DNA of 64,000 nt from the human T2T-CHM13v2.0 reference genome, Homo sapiens (GCF_009914755.1 NC_060942.1), one strand, 5' to 3'; positions 16,070-30,592 are shown, counted from the stretch's first letter. A program made the numbers and translations. The notes: generated by a model not told the origin, from the sequence alone.

Positions 16070-17225
16070 AGAACTTTTTAATTGCAATATAATGCATTTA
16101 CAGAAAAGTACACAAATCATAAATGTTCAGGTCGCTGTGTTTTCACAAGCTGAACACACCCATGTAACCAGTACACAGATCAATTATCGGCCCCCAGGAG
16201 TCCCCTCATGTTCCTATCTGGTTACTATGTACTCAAGAGTAACCACTGTTCTGAATCCTAACCCCAAAGATCAGTGCTTCCTGTTTTGTGTTTTATATAA
16301 ATGCAATTATACATTATATATTATTTTGTGTCTGCCTTCTTTTGCTTAACGTTGCTATGAGATTTATCCATGCTGTTGCATGTGGTGGGCAGAATTACAA
16401 GAAGACCCCCAAGATTCCTCACCCCTTCTTGTATGCACATTCCCATAGGTATTGATCTAGGCGCTGCTGTGAAGGGAATTTGCAGATGTAATTGGCCTAA
16501 ATCAGTTGGCTTTAATATCAGGAAATTGTCCTCAGTGGGCATGGCCATATGGAGCCCTTACAAGGGACTGGGCTCTTCCTGGTGAAAAAGATTTGAATCA
16601 CGAGAGTGGCTGATATGAGGGAAATTCTTTGCTGTTGCCTTCGAAGACAGAAGAGGTCCACAAGGCAAAGGATGCAGACAGCCTGTAGGAGCTGAGACTG
16701 GCTCCTGGCTGACAGCCAGCAAGGAAATGAGGACCTCAGTCCTCCAATCATGAAGCAGACTCCGACTTCTGCTAACAACCTGAATACACTTCAAAGAGGA
16801 TTCTGAGCTCCAGCCGCCTACACATTGATTTCAGCTGTTGGGACCCTCAGCCGAGAACCCAGCTATGCCGTGCCCAGATGTAAGACCTACACATCTGTGA
16901 GCTTGTAAGTGTGTGTTGCTTTAAGCCACTAAGTTTGTGGTAATATGTTTCACTGCAATATGAAACTAATACTTCTGTGTGCAGTTATAGTTTGTTCAAT
17001 CTTATTGCTATATAGTATGCCATCAAACGACTGTGGCACAACTTATCCATTCTACAGCTGATGGACATCTGGGTAGTTGCTGCCATCAGCCTTCCAGTGC
17101 ATGGTTTTTTGGGTGAAAACATGCATGCATATCTGCTGGGTATCTATTTCTAGAAGTAAAATTGCTAGGTCAGAGAGTATACATATGTTCAGCTTTAGCA
17201 ATTACTGCCAAAGTTTTTCCAAAGG
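16070..17225 (-). mobile_element. Old L1M 3' remnant interrupted by an MLT1 LTR
   Basis: Antisense L1M-like text on both sides of the LTR (GAGATTTATCCATGCTGTTGCA; TTATCCATTCTACAGCTGATGGACATCTGGG). Confidence 0.65.
16381..16972 (+). mobile_element. MLT1 (D/E-like) MaLR solo LTR
   Basis: TGTGGTGGGCAGAATT...TTTAAGCCACTAAGTTTGTGGTAAT...AACTAATAC. Confidence 0.8.
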
Positions 17226-19119
17226 GAAAATTATTTTTAATAGGTATTTTATCCAGATTTGCCACGACCTAATAAGGAATTCGTCCCCACAATAAAACTA
17301 ACTGGCTAACCTAATAGCAAAAAGCCCACCCAATCAAGAGCCAAGATAGTTGAGGGACAACAACAGCTCCAAAGGCACCCACTCTCCCTTGAGGAGGTAC
17401 TCAACAGTTAGGTCTCCTGCATGAATTGGCAGTGAATGAGATTGATGCTGGCATTAGGAATAGCTAGAACTTTGCAGCAAGACTCTATGTAGAATAGATT
17501 TTGGTCACTTGATCCTCTGCACATGATCAGCAATAGTCCAGTGGTCTCTGCTGACACTGCTCTTCTAATCCTAATGGCATTTTAATTCTGACTATCTTCA
17601 TATCAGAGGTATCTTTAACACACACACAAACACCTCACAGGCATCTCTAGTGAAGCTGGAGACCTAAGATCTCAAAACATGGAGGTCTGAAGTCCCTTTT
17701 GTTCCTATCAGTATGGAGCTAGATTCCATTTTAAGCCAAATTTATATTCTGATTGTAGAATTGCAGCAAACACTCAGAAGGCCTTGCAAACAAAAGAGTA
17801 AACACATGGATAAATGATCACTATGCCAGATTCAGTGAACACCATTTTTATATTCTAATTGCCAGGAATGGGGACAGCTGCATCATTGTTTAAAACACAC
17901 ACTCATGCACAATTAAGCCAGAACAAATGTCAACACTGGCACCATCTGCTAAATTACTGATAACTGATGAGCATTACTCATGCTGTGAGCATTGTCTCCA
18001 ATATAAAATGGAAAGACTTTTTCAAAAACTTAGAGGTTTCTACCAGTTTTAAAAAGCCAGTTTTTATATCATACAGCACAACTGCAACCTGTCAGATTAT
18101 GTAAGTGACATTTCACCCATGTGTTCGAGGAGTATGTGATAAGTACATGCTGTTTTTGTGCCTCTTTACATTTATGTTAACAAGCCAGGCCTTCAAGAGG
18201 CTGATTCCTGGCTCTGGGACACTTTGTCTGTGATGAGGGTATCTTGCTGTCAGGTGAGCAGAAATGCCCAGTTATAACCTTGTAATCAGAGAGCCAGGGT
18301 TTTGCCATTACATGGTCAACTGCAGACACAAGACTCTACTTCATCAGTCTCGTTTTTAATAAATTATATAACAGAAAAATGATTTAAACCCCTTGTTCAG
18401 TCCCCTTATGAAGTACAAATTGTATCCAATATAATTTATGAAAAATCATTTATAATCTTGAACCTGGAGATGAAGCCACCTTTCAGCTTTCATATCTCCA
18501 AGCTGAGAAGCATCCTCCTGCCTGTCTCAGCATCACTCCCAGATATTCTTCTCCTGCATTTGTTCCAATTTATCCAGTTTGTTTCAAAGGGTAGAGATAT
18601 TATTATTAGTAATCCATAAACCACCTGATGCATCATAGTACAGAAAGATTCTCTTGCACCTCAGGCATGTCACACTCCTACAGTATGTTCCTGTACTTGC
18701 CAGAAACAGCATCACTGGAATAAGGTCACTCAGATCACATTCAGATGACATGCTGGACATAATGGACCTAGAATCTCCTTTTCTTACCTTAAAGGCTGGG
18801 CTGTAGGGTAGAAACACTTGGATCAGGTTCTGCCCTTTGATGAATTCAGCTAAGAGAATGTATTTTTTAATTTCCAAGCCAGTGCAAGCCCCTAGACGCA
18901 TTTTGTTGGTGGTCTGTATAATGCTGAGACTTTCAGAGGAATGCCCTATAAATACAGCTGCTTAAAAATGTTTAATATTCCTTGGGTACCTGAGAAGAGA
19001 AAAGGGATGAGTGTTCCACTGTGATCATCTACTTCTGAAGCACCAAGGGATGTTTCAAATCCTAACACCATGGCCACAGTAAAGCATGTGTCATTTAACC
19101 ACCATCCTAAATTCTAAAA

Positions 19120-19640
19120 GCTCCATGCATTGGGTAGACATGGCTAGTATGGACACTATGTGCTAGACATTGTATGACATGCTAGGGAAACGAGAATCAG
19201 TCATTCACAGTCTGTGCCTAGAAAGGAGTTTAAATTCCCATGAGGAAGACAGACAGTGCCCTATAGTAGGATTAAGATCTGTCTAACCCAAATTGGGAGT
19301 GACAGAGAGGTCAGTGGGCAGGGGGCAGAATGGCAAGGAAGGTTTCCAGAGGAGGTAGTGTTTGACCTGAATTGTGATGCGTGAGGACGTTCAGCCAGGT
19401 AAAGAGGTGGGACAAGGTACTGTAGGTGGAGGCTGGCAGTGGGTGATGGGGTACAGTTGGCTCAACACGGCTGAAGAGATTAGGCTGGGTGGGTGAGTGC
19501 GAGACAGAGCACAGAGAATTGGGATTTTATCCATGAAACCATTGCAAGATTTTAAGTAGGGGAATGATATGATCAGATTTGCATTTTAGATAATCAAGCT
19601 GCAGGCTAGTGGAGCACAGTTTGAGGGTTCAAAGACTGAA
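19120..19640 (-). mobile_element. L2 remnant
   Basis: ACTATGTGCTAGACATTG and TTTAAGTAGGGGAATGATATGATCAGATTTGCATTTTAGA are typical antisense L2 text. Confidence 0.6.
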
Positions 19641-20531
19641 AAGGCACGGAGATGCCGGCTTGTCTTTCTTTTCCCTGATCAGACCAGACCCCTTCCCTTG
19701 GCCTCCCCTTCCCACCACATACCTCATTGGCAGGCAGCCCTACTATGAGCTCATATTATTGTACCAATTTGAGAATTAATTATCTGCCTCCTTCCAGGGT
19801 AGCAGGAAAAGAGTAGAGAAACATGATTACTGACTGCTTTATAGAAGCTGTCACCATATTAAGTGCTTCATCATTCAATTCACCTGAGATGCATGGAAAT
19901 AGGTTAAGCTTGATTGAGGCTGGTCCACCGCAAAACTGTGCAGTTAGCAGAGTTTGTTTTTGGTACATATACCCTTTTGTTACTCTGCAGCCCCCTCTGC
20001 TCTATAGGTTCCTGGTATAATAACACTCTCTTCCCCTCCCTTTTGGAACCTCTGCTCTTGGGAAAGGCTTTGATAGCTTTCTCTTAAATACTAGTGTTCC
20101 TGATGGGAGAAATTTAACCTGAAGCATCCTCTCTGACTGCAATGAAGGTGTTGTCCTGTTAGAACTGCACTCAGAGCACTGTAAAGAATTATATAAGTAG
20201 CCATCACCTTAACCACATCCTCAAACATTTTCAATGCAATCTAGCGGAGAATGATTTTCTGAAAGAATACATATCTGATTTTATAACAGAAATAAATGGA
20301 AATATGATTTGTTTTATAGAAAATGTCTTGCCCTCTAACTATTAATATGTCAATATTTATATATGAACTACAATAAGAACAGCTACAACAAGATTGATGT
20401 ATACTGCCTGAACGCCCTGAAAATAGATCATTGTCCGCAAGTGTAGTTACCAATATAACAGCCTAGTCTTGCTGTGCTATGAGTTTGCCTGGATTGCCAT
20501 TACTTATAGGCCAAGTAGACTGTGGTGAATG

Positions 20532-20700
20532 CCAGATACTAGCCAACTTTTTCTGAAAGAGCCAGATGATAAATATCATAAACTTTGTGGCCCAGACAGG
20601 TTCTGTTGCAACTCCCAACTCTGCCACTGTAGTGTGAAAACATAGACAATGGAGAACGAATGTGAATGGCCAGAGTTGCTCCACAGGATTGCTAACTCCT
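20532..20700. mobile_element. MER58A-like hAT MITE fragment
   Basis: AACTTTTTCTGAAAGAGCCAGATGATAAATAT...TCTGTTGCAACTCCCAACTCTGCCACTGTAGTGTGAAA. Confidence 0.7.
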
Positions 20701-21049
20701 GCTCCACACTTTGTGATATGCAGATCCCATGCAAGAAGTCCCACCTCATTTCCCTGAAGAGTCACCATAAAAGGCATTCCATGTTTAGACATCATATTTA
20801 CAAAGGCCTAATAAATAATAACATGTTAATCTATTATCCACCATCAACATGTTAGCACAGTTTTATTTATCCTTGAAGTGAACCTGGAGATCACAGGATG
20901 ACCTTTCTATGCATACACTCTCCTCTAACTTTGACCAGCGGTCTCATAAATACACGTCCCAGGTCACCATGGACAACTAAACAAATATATGGGTTGCTTG
21001 GTGAGATTTCACCTCCACTTATGAAGACAATAAATTCTTGTGTCCTAAA

Positions 21050-21550
21050 AGTCAGTGTGTCAGTTAAGGTCTTTTCACGAAAGTAACAGGAACCATAGAG
21101 AAATTCATTATCTCACATATCAGGAAATCTAGAGGAGGGGTGGGCTCCACAATTGGCTGATCAGTGTCCTATGACTCCAGCTCCTTTCCATCCTTTGCTC
21201 TACCATCTACAATATAGGCTTCTGCCTAAGAGGAGCTGTCCTCATGGTCAGGGATAGAGGCCAGCTGTAACTGGGACAATAGCAGGAGAGTGGAGAGAGG
21301 AGAGGAGAGGGGAGGGGAGGGGAGGGAAGATTCTCCTCCAGCCTGAGACCAATAATAATCACCAGAGGGATCCATGTAGTGATTGGCTTATGCCTGGGTT
21401 CCTGAACCAATCACTGACAAGGGTATGATAGCTCATAGTTGGCTTAGTTGGCTAAGAGCCATCCCCAGGAGCTGGGATCAAGTCCAGAACCACATTGCTG
21501 CTACCTGGATGGAGAGGCAATGGATGTTGGAGTCAACCCGCATGTCCTCT
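21050..21550. mobile_element. Old MLT1 (J/K-like) LTR remnant containing a GA-rich simple repeat
   Basis: TCTCACATATCAGGAAATCTAGAGG, GATTGGCT..., CCTGAACCAATCACTG; GGAGA/GGAGG run at ~21290-21327. Confidence 0.5.
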
Positions 21551-21742
21551 ATGATCCAGAGTGGCACTTTCTTCTACTTATTTTCCCCTTTCTTCCTTTC
21601 AATGGAACACGGTTGCTGTGATTAAGAGTAGTGTTGATGGCAGAAAAACAAGAGGATGGTGAGATGTCCTCCTCCAACTTCCCAGAAATGTTGTTTCAGA
21701 ACCATATGTAGAATTGTGGCAGTCTCCTGCCCATCCCCCCAA

Positions 21743-21754
21743 CTCTCTCTCTCT

Positions 21755-21785
<31 letters not shown>

Positions 21786-21786
21786 T
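21743..21786 (+). repeat. Imperfect (CT)n microsatellite
   Basis: Read directly. Confidence 0.9.
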
Positions 21787-23214
21787 TACTGGTGCTAGCA
21801 CCTATGACTACAATCATGAAGCCCATAGGAAAAGCAAGAAGCCAGGCAACAGGTCAGCCAACTTACAAGTGTGAAAACAGATTATGTTTGTTGCCTAAAT
21901 ACCTTGGTGTTCACCTGCAAGGAGGTGAGAAGGCTGAAGAAAGTGGCTGGCAATGTCCTAGAATGTGAGAGGTGCTGTAGGATGGGAGAAAGAGCTCAGA
22001 ATGGGGTGTCAGGAGGAGACATGCTTTATGTCACAACTCTGTGAGCTCAGGAAAGGCACTTAACATCCCTAATGCACTGGTCTTCTCACCTGTAAACTGG
22101 AAAAATAATACCTATCCCTCAAAGTAGGAGTTTGTGAGGGTCAAAGTAAAAATGTAGGGGCATTTTGAAAACAGTGAAGCTATACAGTCCTAAGGTAAAC
22201 AGCATTATTTACTATGACATTAGATAGGGGAGGAAATTTCATAAATGCTGAGTCTCAACAAATTTGTGAATTTGGTCAGGTATCTTCGGTGGTCTCCTTT
22301 TCCTCGCCTCAACACTTGACTAGTCCAAGTACCCAGGACTGTCTGCTGACCATGACTGTCCCCACTGAAGCCCAGACCAGGATCTGCCCCCTACACTCTC
22401 TGCTCACCAAGACTCACCTGTTCGGAGTCTCACTATCTCATCTCCTTAATGCAGGTCTGAAACTAATACTAAGGAAGCCTGGGATTGTGGAAAGGGCACA
22501 AGCCCAAGAGTCAGAAACCTGAATCCTAGGTCTGGCTCTGCCACTAACTGGCTGTCTGAATTCAGGCTTCATTAACCTATCGGCAACCTTGGATTTTCAG
22601 CCTATAAAATAAAAAAGAGCTACAGTTTCTAAAACTTTCTAACACTAAAATGCTGGCCTCAAACCCTGACTCTGTGACCTTCCTCTTGCCCTCATTCCCC
22701 TTCTCATAAATGGTAGCTCTGAGGGCACCGTCACAGAATGCAAGGGCTTGCTACAGCAAAGTTTGAAAACAACTGGGCCAAATGGTCCCCCAAGTTCTCA
22801 TTCATCTTGAAAATGTTCTAACTTAGTCTCTCATTCTAAGAGAAATGGCTTCATGCTAATGTGAGATGCGATGATATAGTACCTCTACCTAGAATCACCT
22901 GTATTTGAGTAGGAATCCTCATAGCTGTATAATCTTATTAGTTAATATATAAAGATGGAATTTCGGGTACCATGTATGTCAAAGAGGTAGTTGGGAGACT
23001 CCCTGGGTTTCCTAAAATCATACCACTTGGGTTATCCACTGATCATATAGGGCTTAATTGCTTGAGGTGGTGAATGGCATTTTCAGGATGGTGAATGACC
23101 TCCTGGTTTCCCAATACTGGGCACATCAATGAGTAGGTTCCTATCAGATCCTTGGTTGACCATGTGGCCCAAGGAGGTCAAGGAAAGGCTTTTATGTCTT
23201 TCATGGGGCGTGCA

Positions 23215-24170
23215 TGAGCTAGAATCAGGTTCAGCTTTGAAGGACAGAAATCTCCAAAATGACAAGAGTTAATATAAAGATACATATGTGTTGTTGTTTT
23301 TTCTTTACCATGTGACAGATGTTCAGGGGTAAGCAATCCAAGGCTGGCAGAGAGGCTCCATTTAAAAAGTCTTTGACAATCCAGGCCTTTTTAACTCACT
23401 ACTCTAATATCCCAAAGATGTATCCCTGTGCTCATGTTCCAGGGTGGACACTAAAGCTCTAGCCATCACATCCAAGGTCCTTCAGTGGGATAATTTAGGA
23501 ATCAGAGAGACTGAGGGGTTGAGGAGGATACTTATTATTTATTATTTAGGTGCACCGGCCCAGTCAGATTAACATCTAAAGGACTGAGCCCGGAACAAAG
23601 AGTCAGGTTACCTTTTAAGCATTTCTTGGGGTTGGGGGAGATCTGTGCAGGGGGAAGTATGTTACAGAAGTGAGAAACAAAGACAGTTATTCAATTGAGA
23701 CATGCATTATATTATTTCTTACTTTTCAAGGAAAAACATGTATGACTTGAGTTTATCTGCCTAGTGACCTTGCAGCTGCACAGCTAGAGAAACAGGGTCT
23801 TCACAATGCCTAGAAAGGGAGAGATAAGGCTCACTAGCCATAGACAGAAAAACAGGCAGTTAATTTTTAAAGGACTCCACCTCTTTCTCTTCCTCAGGGG
23901 GAATGAGGTTTTTTACATACAACTGAGTTTTTGCTTACACATTTTTAAATTTCTTTTAATGCCTGTTTCAGTCTAGTTAACAAGATGGAGGAAGAGATAA
24001 AGAAGGACATTCCCCAAAGTCTCACAGAACTCTTCTGCTCACATCTCATTGGCTAACATGAGTCACATGGTGAACCTGGATGCAGGGAGGCTGAAGAAGA
24101 CAGTCATCTTGCTGGGCAGAAGGAAAGGAAGGAGGACCTATGAACAGTGGTGGGTTCCATGTCAGGGGCT
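23215..24170. mobile_element. Old MLT1 (J/K-like) LTR remnant split by an ERV1-type solo LTR
   Basis: TCAGGTTCAGCT...GCCATCACATCCAAG and CATCTCATTGGCTAACATGAGTCACATGG flank the insertion. Confidence 0.55.
23481..23970 (-). mobile_element. ERV1-type solo LTR (subfamily not assigned)
   Basis: Minus strand begins TGAAACAGGCATTAAAAGAAAT, with AATAAA-like signal near ~23535-23545 and 4-bp TSD GTCC/GTCT. Confidence 0.7.
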
Positions 24171-25899
24171 TGCCAGCCACAAGGAAAGGTCAGAAATTCC
24201 CAGAATTTCAGTTCTGAAATCTGTATGTTGACCCAGACTCTTGGGAATTTTACCTGGATATTTTCAGATTCTTAAACATAATTTTTAATGTCATTTGAAT
24301 GGATGCAGAGGAGAGCTGTATAAGTAATTGAGTATGAACTTTAAAAATACATTAGGATTCAAAACTGCATGCTACAAAATCACCATCTTTTTAACCTTTT
24401 CAAAAAGGTGTAACATATGTACAGAAAAGTGCTCAAATCATAACATACAGCTCTCCATAAATTATCACAGAGTGAAGACACCCATGTCATTACCACTAAG
24501 AAAAAAAGAGAGAAACCATCACACCCCAGAACCCACCCTGTGCTCCTCCCAGCCTCATGTGCCCATCCGGAATGTTTTCCTTTTCTCTGCTTTTCTCCTC
24601 AAGTCTGTCTTAGCCCCCTCTTCTCTTCTGGCCACCTCACTTCCCAGGCCTCCCCGATACCCCGGGCAGTGGGGGGCTTTTTTGAGGCTGGTTTGCCTTT
24701 TGGCACAGTGGAAATAGCATGTGCTCTGGAGCCAGCTCTCCAAGATCTAGATCTCAGCCCACCTACTCACTAGCTTTGTGAATCCAAGCAAGAGACCTAA
24801 TCCCTCTCAGCTCCCCAGGCACTATCCTGGGGTCACAGGTGCTGATTGGGTACTTCCCAGAGTGGCTACCGAGTGCCTGCTGCTCAGCATGGGGCTCAAA
24901 TACACCCACTGCATTTTCATTTCTATGCTTTTGCTTGGGTCTCTGAAAGCTCCCGAGGGATGTTCATTGTTTCCATTTCACAGATTGCCACAATGATGCC
25001 TGCAGAGGTGAAATGACTTGCCCAGCATCACACAGTGGGGCAAGGGCAGAGTGAAGCCTGGACCCTAGGCTCTGAGGCCACAGCAGCACAGGACCCGGAG
25101 CTGTGCCCTCCGGCCCCAGACCTGCCATGGTCCTGTGGCTGTTTAGACGACTGTTTGGCCCAGGGGTGCCTGGCTCTCTAAAAGATTCACTGTTGCCCTC
25201 ACCAATATTTATTTCAGCCTTCCCAGAATGTTTCCTAAACAGACACACGAATGCCAACTTTATGACACTTGCTAATAAAAATAAACCCCCTCAGTAGGAC
25301 TGGGTTCCCGTGGTGCCTAATAATAGCTACAGGCATGAATGAGTAAATAGCTGGCCACACAAAGTGTGTGGGACCCTCCAGGGCCAGACAGAATGTGTAG
25401 CAGTTAGTGCCAAAGGCAGCGTCTGCACCCAGGGCCTGGGGCCAGTGATGGGACACCTGGCAGGACAAGGAGAGCAGGCCCCATCCTGGCCACAAAGGCA
25501 AAGCTGAGGCAGTCCATGCCATCAACCAACAAGTACTACAGGACAGTGACCCTAGTGCAGGTGCTGGGTAATATGTGGGCATGTGGAGTTTGGAGGTTCA
25601 GAGGAAAACTCCTCACCTTTCCCAAGATGTTCAGACATTTATTTAGAAGGGACCGAGCCTTTCCTTACATTGGAAACACAAGACTACCATGCAAATAATC
25701 CTAGGAGAGGAGGCCAAGGGCCTGTCCAGAGTAACGTACAGAAGTCAGAGCCTTCCTTGACAGGGACTTTGGCTACGGGAAGAGAGGCACAGCCTGTGGT
25801 CTCTCCTGGTCCACTCTGAGCCTCCCCTCATTGTCTGTCCTCACCATGTTCCACCCTGTCCCTGCTCCTCAGGTTCTCCAAAGCTCTGAAAAGCAACAA

Positions 25900-26130
25900 C
25901 AGCTACAACAACAGCATCACTGGGTTCTTGTTGGGTGCTAGGCACTGTTGTAAGTGCCTCCCTGGTGTTAGTGCATTTGGTCTTCATGATCTTATGAGGT
26001 AGGAACTATTATGATGCCCATACACATGAGGAAACTGAGGCACAAAAGGTTAAGTAACTGTCCAAGGTGACACAGCCAGGAGGATGTGGAAATGGGACCC
26101 GAACCCAGGCTGTCTGCTCCCAGAGCCCAC
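25900..26130 (-). mobile_element. MIR
   Basis: ATGAGGAAACTGAGGCACAAAAGGTTAAGTAACTGTCCAAGGTGACACAGC is the MIR core. Similar fragments lie at ~21970-22200, 22480-22650, 24700-24810, 24980-25080 and 29380-29540. Confidence 0.8.
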
Positions 26131-26514
26131 CCTTCTTTTGCTTCCATCAAAATCATCAGTGCAGGGTGCTGGTTCCCTAGACTCCTGCCGACTCTTCCAA
26201 GCCCTCAGAACCCCAGGGCCAGAGGCAGGGTCGGTGCACTCCTGGGGACCAGATCTCTGCTCTTTCACTCCCTGTCAAGGCTCTGGTCGCCCAGCTGCAC
26301 CATGCCATTCCTTGCCCTGGCCTGTATCCTCAATGTCTGGTACAACTTGCCCGTCTTTCCCTCCACCTCACCTCCTGCCCCCATTCTAGGGATTTGGACA
26401 TCTATCCAGAGCTGTGGCCAGCAGCCAGCCTCGCAGGCCTCCACCTCCTCTGACCTTGCTTGCTGCCCGCTTTCCCGTCCACTGGGCAGTCCCCAGGGAG
26501 GTACAGGGCAGAGG

Positions 26515-26770
26515 AGCTGGTGTGTTAAGAGCTCGGGCTCTGGAATCACACTGCTGGGGTTCCAATGCCAACCCAGACCATTGCCAGTTTTGTCCCCTCA
26601 GATAGGTTTCTTGACCTCTGTGAGCCTCAGTTTCCCTATTTATGAGATAGGCCAATAAAAAAGAAACAACTACCTTCACAGTTATACCAGGAGTGAGATT
26701 AGGCCTGCCAATTACTTCAAAGGGAGCTGGCTGCATAGGAAGTATTTGGGAAATATTAGCACTTACTATG
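26515..26770 (+). mobile_element. MIR
   Basis: GTTAAGAGCTCGGGCTCTGGAATCA...CTCTGTGAGCCTCAGTTTCCCTAT. Confidence 0.75.
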
Positions 26771-27049
26771 ACCCCATCTAGTCAAACAAGTCTGAAATCA
26801 TAAAATCAGATATTCCACTTTCTAACCACAACTTCCTGTTCTCCACTTTTCAAGACCTTCTACCCCCACTAGCTACTGTGCTGTATTAGTAGCCCAAGGG
26901 CTGGGTCCCCATTCTCCAGTATTCTTGCCATCTCCTGGTTTCTCATCCTTTCTCCTTTGCTAAGACCCCACGGTCAATCACTCAACTTACTTTCTTATAA
27001 TACCCATGGTTCCCTCACATGTGGTCTGTTTCTATTAGGATTAGGTTCA

Positions 27050-27405
<356 letters not shown>

Positions 27406-30144
27406 TTATTTCTCTCTCAAATTAAAGAAATCCAGAGGTGGTTAGCCCAGAGATAACATAGAGACTCTATGTGCCTGAGGAACCCTTGCTCCTCCTCTCT
27501 CGCTGTTTGCCCATTCTTAGAACACTGTCTTGTAGTCCAAGATGGCTGCTTGAGCTCCTGCCATGATGTCCACATTCCAGACAGCAGGAGGAGGAAGCAA
27601 GAAGAAGGAAGAACAAAATGGAGTGCCCCCACAGTCTATCCTTCTTTTCAGGAGCCTTTCCATCCCGTGCCTTCCTCTCATATATCCTTGGCAAGAACTC
27701 AGTTCCATAGCCACACCTAGTTGCTGCTTACTTGCTGTCCCAAATAAAAGGAGAAAAGGGGAAGGTTGGTTCTACTGCTGTACCTGCTTCCTGGCCAATC
27801 CACAGTCAGTGATGACTTCGTCATCCACTTCTGCTTCCAAGCTGTCCCCACTACTGGAGAAAATAACATAATTGAGCTGACAGGCAGCTCTGCAGACTCC
27901 TGGCTTCCAGCCCAACCAAGCCCCCCACACTCCTAGAAAAAGCCATTTTCCTCTCTTTTGCATGCCACATGGCAATTATTCCAAGTATTCAATCACTTTC
28001 CTGAATCGCTCTTCCCACCCCTTGCTCTTGGCAGGCAGTCTTGCCTCCATCCTCCCTCTCATCAGCCTTCAGACATCCCTTTCATTCCTCTGAAGCTGCT
28101 CCAGCTCCACCCAGGGGGTGACTTCCTCCCTGGCAAGAGTGGGCCTTCTCTTCCCCCTGAACCACACGGTGAGACTTAGCACAGAGCTGAACATACAATC
28201 AACAGAAACAAACTGATGAGAGCTGAGGTGTGAATAACTAAACAGCTTAATCTATACACTCTCCCACGATAATCTGGTTTTAACCAGAGCCTTCGGTGCT
28301 CCACTCCAAAGGAGGCACCTCGGGGAATCAAAGGGCCCAAGCAGACTAACTTGGGGTTATTTCAGGGACAGTGGTCCCCTGCCCCTAGCAGCCCTCAAAC
28401 CTTCACAGCAGCAGATGGACCTCCAAATGCAGAACAGTTCCCCCTGAAAAAAGCCCAGAATCATGTGACACCATCACCCCTGCTCCTCTGTGACTTCAGC
28501 CAGTCCCCATGCTCAGGCCCTACTAGCACATGAGCACCGGGCATACTGTCCACCTCCAAAAAGAGGAAAAATGACTCAGGAGAGAATGCCAGTATTGTCC
28601 CATGTTAAAAAGAAAGTTTCCATATTCTTACAGAAAGCATCTCCTTTGCAACCAGGCTGCTTTGCTAGGAACAGCCTGAGTACGGATGTCTTGGGTTTAG
28701 GGACTGACTGAGGTCAGCCACACCATCCTTCAGTAAAGGGAGGAGAAGCAGAAGCCAGAGAAGAGCTGGGATTCTCAGCCCACCAAACCTCGTCTGCACA
28801 AAGCCTCCAATTCCTGCCACACTTGGGGAACCTGGAGGACTGGGGTGGGGGACTCTTTTCTAGGGACTCACATTGGCTCTCAGGGCCCTGGCCCCCTCCA
28901 TCCTCCTCTGCTCCCACTGAGCTAATGAGGGACTGGGTCAGGAAATTGCTCAGGAACTAAAGGGTTCCTACTTAGTGTGAAAAGTCAAACTTAGAGGTTG
29001 CTATAAAAAGGAGCAAAAATAACAGATGTGCCTCTTCATCTGTCTTTATGTTCCCTGTTTCATTTATCACACACATCTTGCAATAGCTACTCATTTTCAC
29101 ATTTTCCTCAGTCACTTCCTCCCTCCAACGTGAATTACTTAAAATAACCACCACCACTTGGGGTCAGCCTCACAGCCATGCATAGCAGGCAGCGGCTCCA
29201 GGACAAGGACTGAGCCCAGAAGAAGCTTCAGGTGAGGCTTCATCACCGTCCTACTGACTCTCAAGACTCTTAACAGTAGTCAGAGGTGGCGCTGTGTGAG
29301 GAGGCCCCAGGACCCTACTGGGATGACACTGGTAACTCCGAGGACAAGCTTGGCTAGGAGAGCAAGAGAGAGCACAGGCCATATGGCATGAAAAGAACAT
29401 GTGACCAGAGACAGGACCTGGATTTTTGGTTCAGTTTACACTGTCAGCATGCTGTGTGGCCATGAACAAGTTGCTTTCCCTCTCTGGGTCTCAGACTCAT
29501 CTGTAAAAATAAGGGTATAAGAAGGCCCTTCCAGTGCTGGGTCCATGCCTGGAGCCTCTCCCACATTCGGTCCCACCTCCTAGATCTCCCTCCTTTCTAT
29601 CTCTCACCATTTAGGCTCGCCAATGCCTTAGTTAGCTGCCTATTTATGAACATGTCTGGTCTAATGTAGTAGACTCTGGACTGTTCTTCCAGCCTCCTGG
29701 GTTAACCTCCTGCCATTTGTTATCCCCCTTGCCCCTGGACCACTCCTCAATGCTGATCTCATGTTCCATTTAAAATCTATTTGTTGCTTTCTTTCCATTG
29801 CATCCAACTTTTCAGCCACCATCTCAATTTACCTCTCTTATTATAGCTTCTGACTTCATTCACAAATATTTATTGAGCACCTCCTATGTGTCAAGCACTG
29901 TTCTAGGAGATCAGGATACATCAACAAGCCTTCAAGACTCAGTTCAGTTGTCACCTCTCCCAGAAAGCCTTCTCTCACTTCACTCCTTATGCCTTCTTGC
30001 AGGGCAGGATCACTGCCTCCTTGGTGTGCAATCTGCTACACCTGACGAGATTGTAACACAGCAGAAGCAGGAACCTTTCCCTCCTTCCCTGCTGTCTCAT
30101 CAATGGACACACCCAGGGAAGGCAGCTTCAGTTTATGTTTGCTG

Positions 30145-30545
30145 AGTAGAATGATTAATTTTACATGTCAATTTGGCTGGGCCATGGTACCTCAATATTT
30201 GGTTATACACTAGTCTAGATCTTTCAGTGAAGATATTTTTTAGATGAGGTTAACATTAATATTTAAATAGGGCAGTAGATTTTGAGTAAAGCACATTACC
30301 CTTCAAAATGTGGGTAGGCCTCATCCAATCAGTAGAAGGTCTTAAGACAAAAAAAAAAGACTGAGGTCCCCAAAGGAAGAGGGAATTCTGCTTCCAGGGT
30401 GCCTTCAGACTTAAACTGCAACATCAACTCTTCCCTGGAGCTCCAGTCTGCCAGCCATACCCTACAGATTTTGGAGCTGCTAGCCTCCACAATGATATGA
30501 GCCAATTCTCTAAAACAAATCAATCTCTCCCTCCCTCTCTCTCTG

Positions 30546-30592
<47 letters not shown>

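Noticed and set aside
26086-26658. 190-aa plus-strand ORF
   Set aside because: Starts and ends inside MIR remnants, non-ATG start, no domain.
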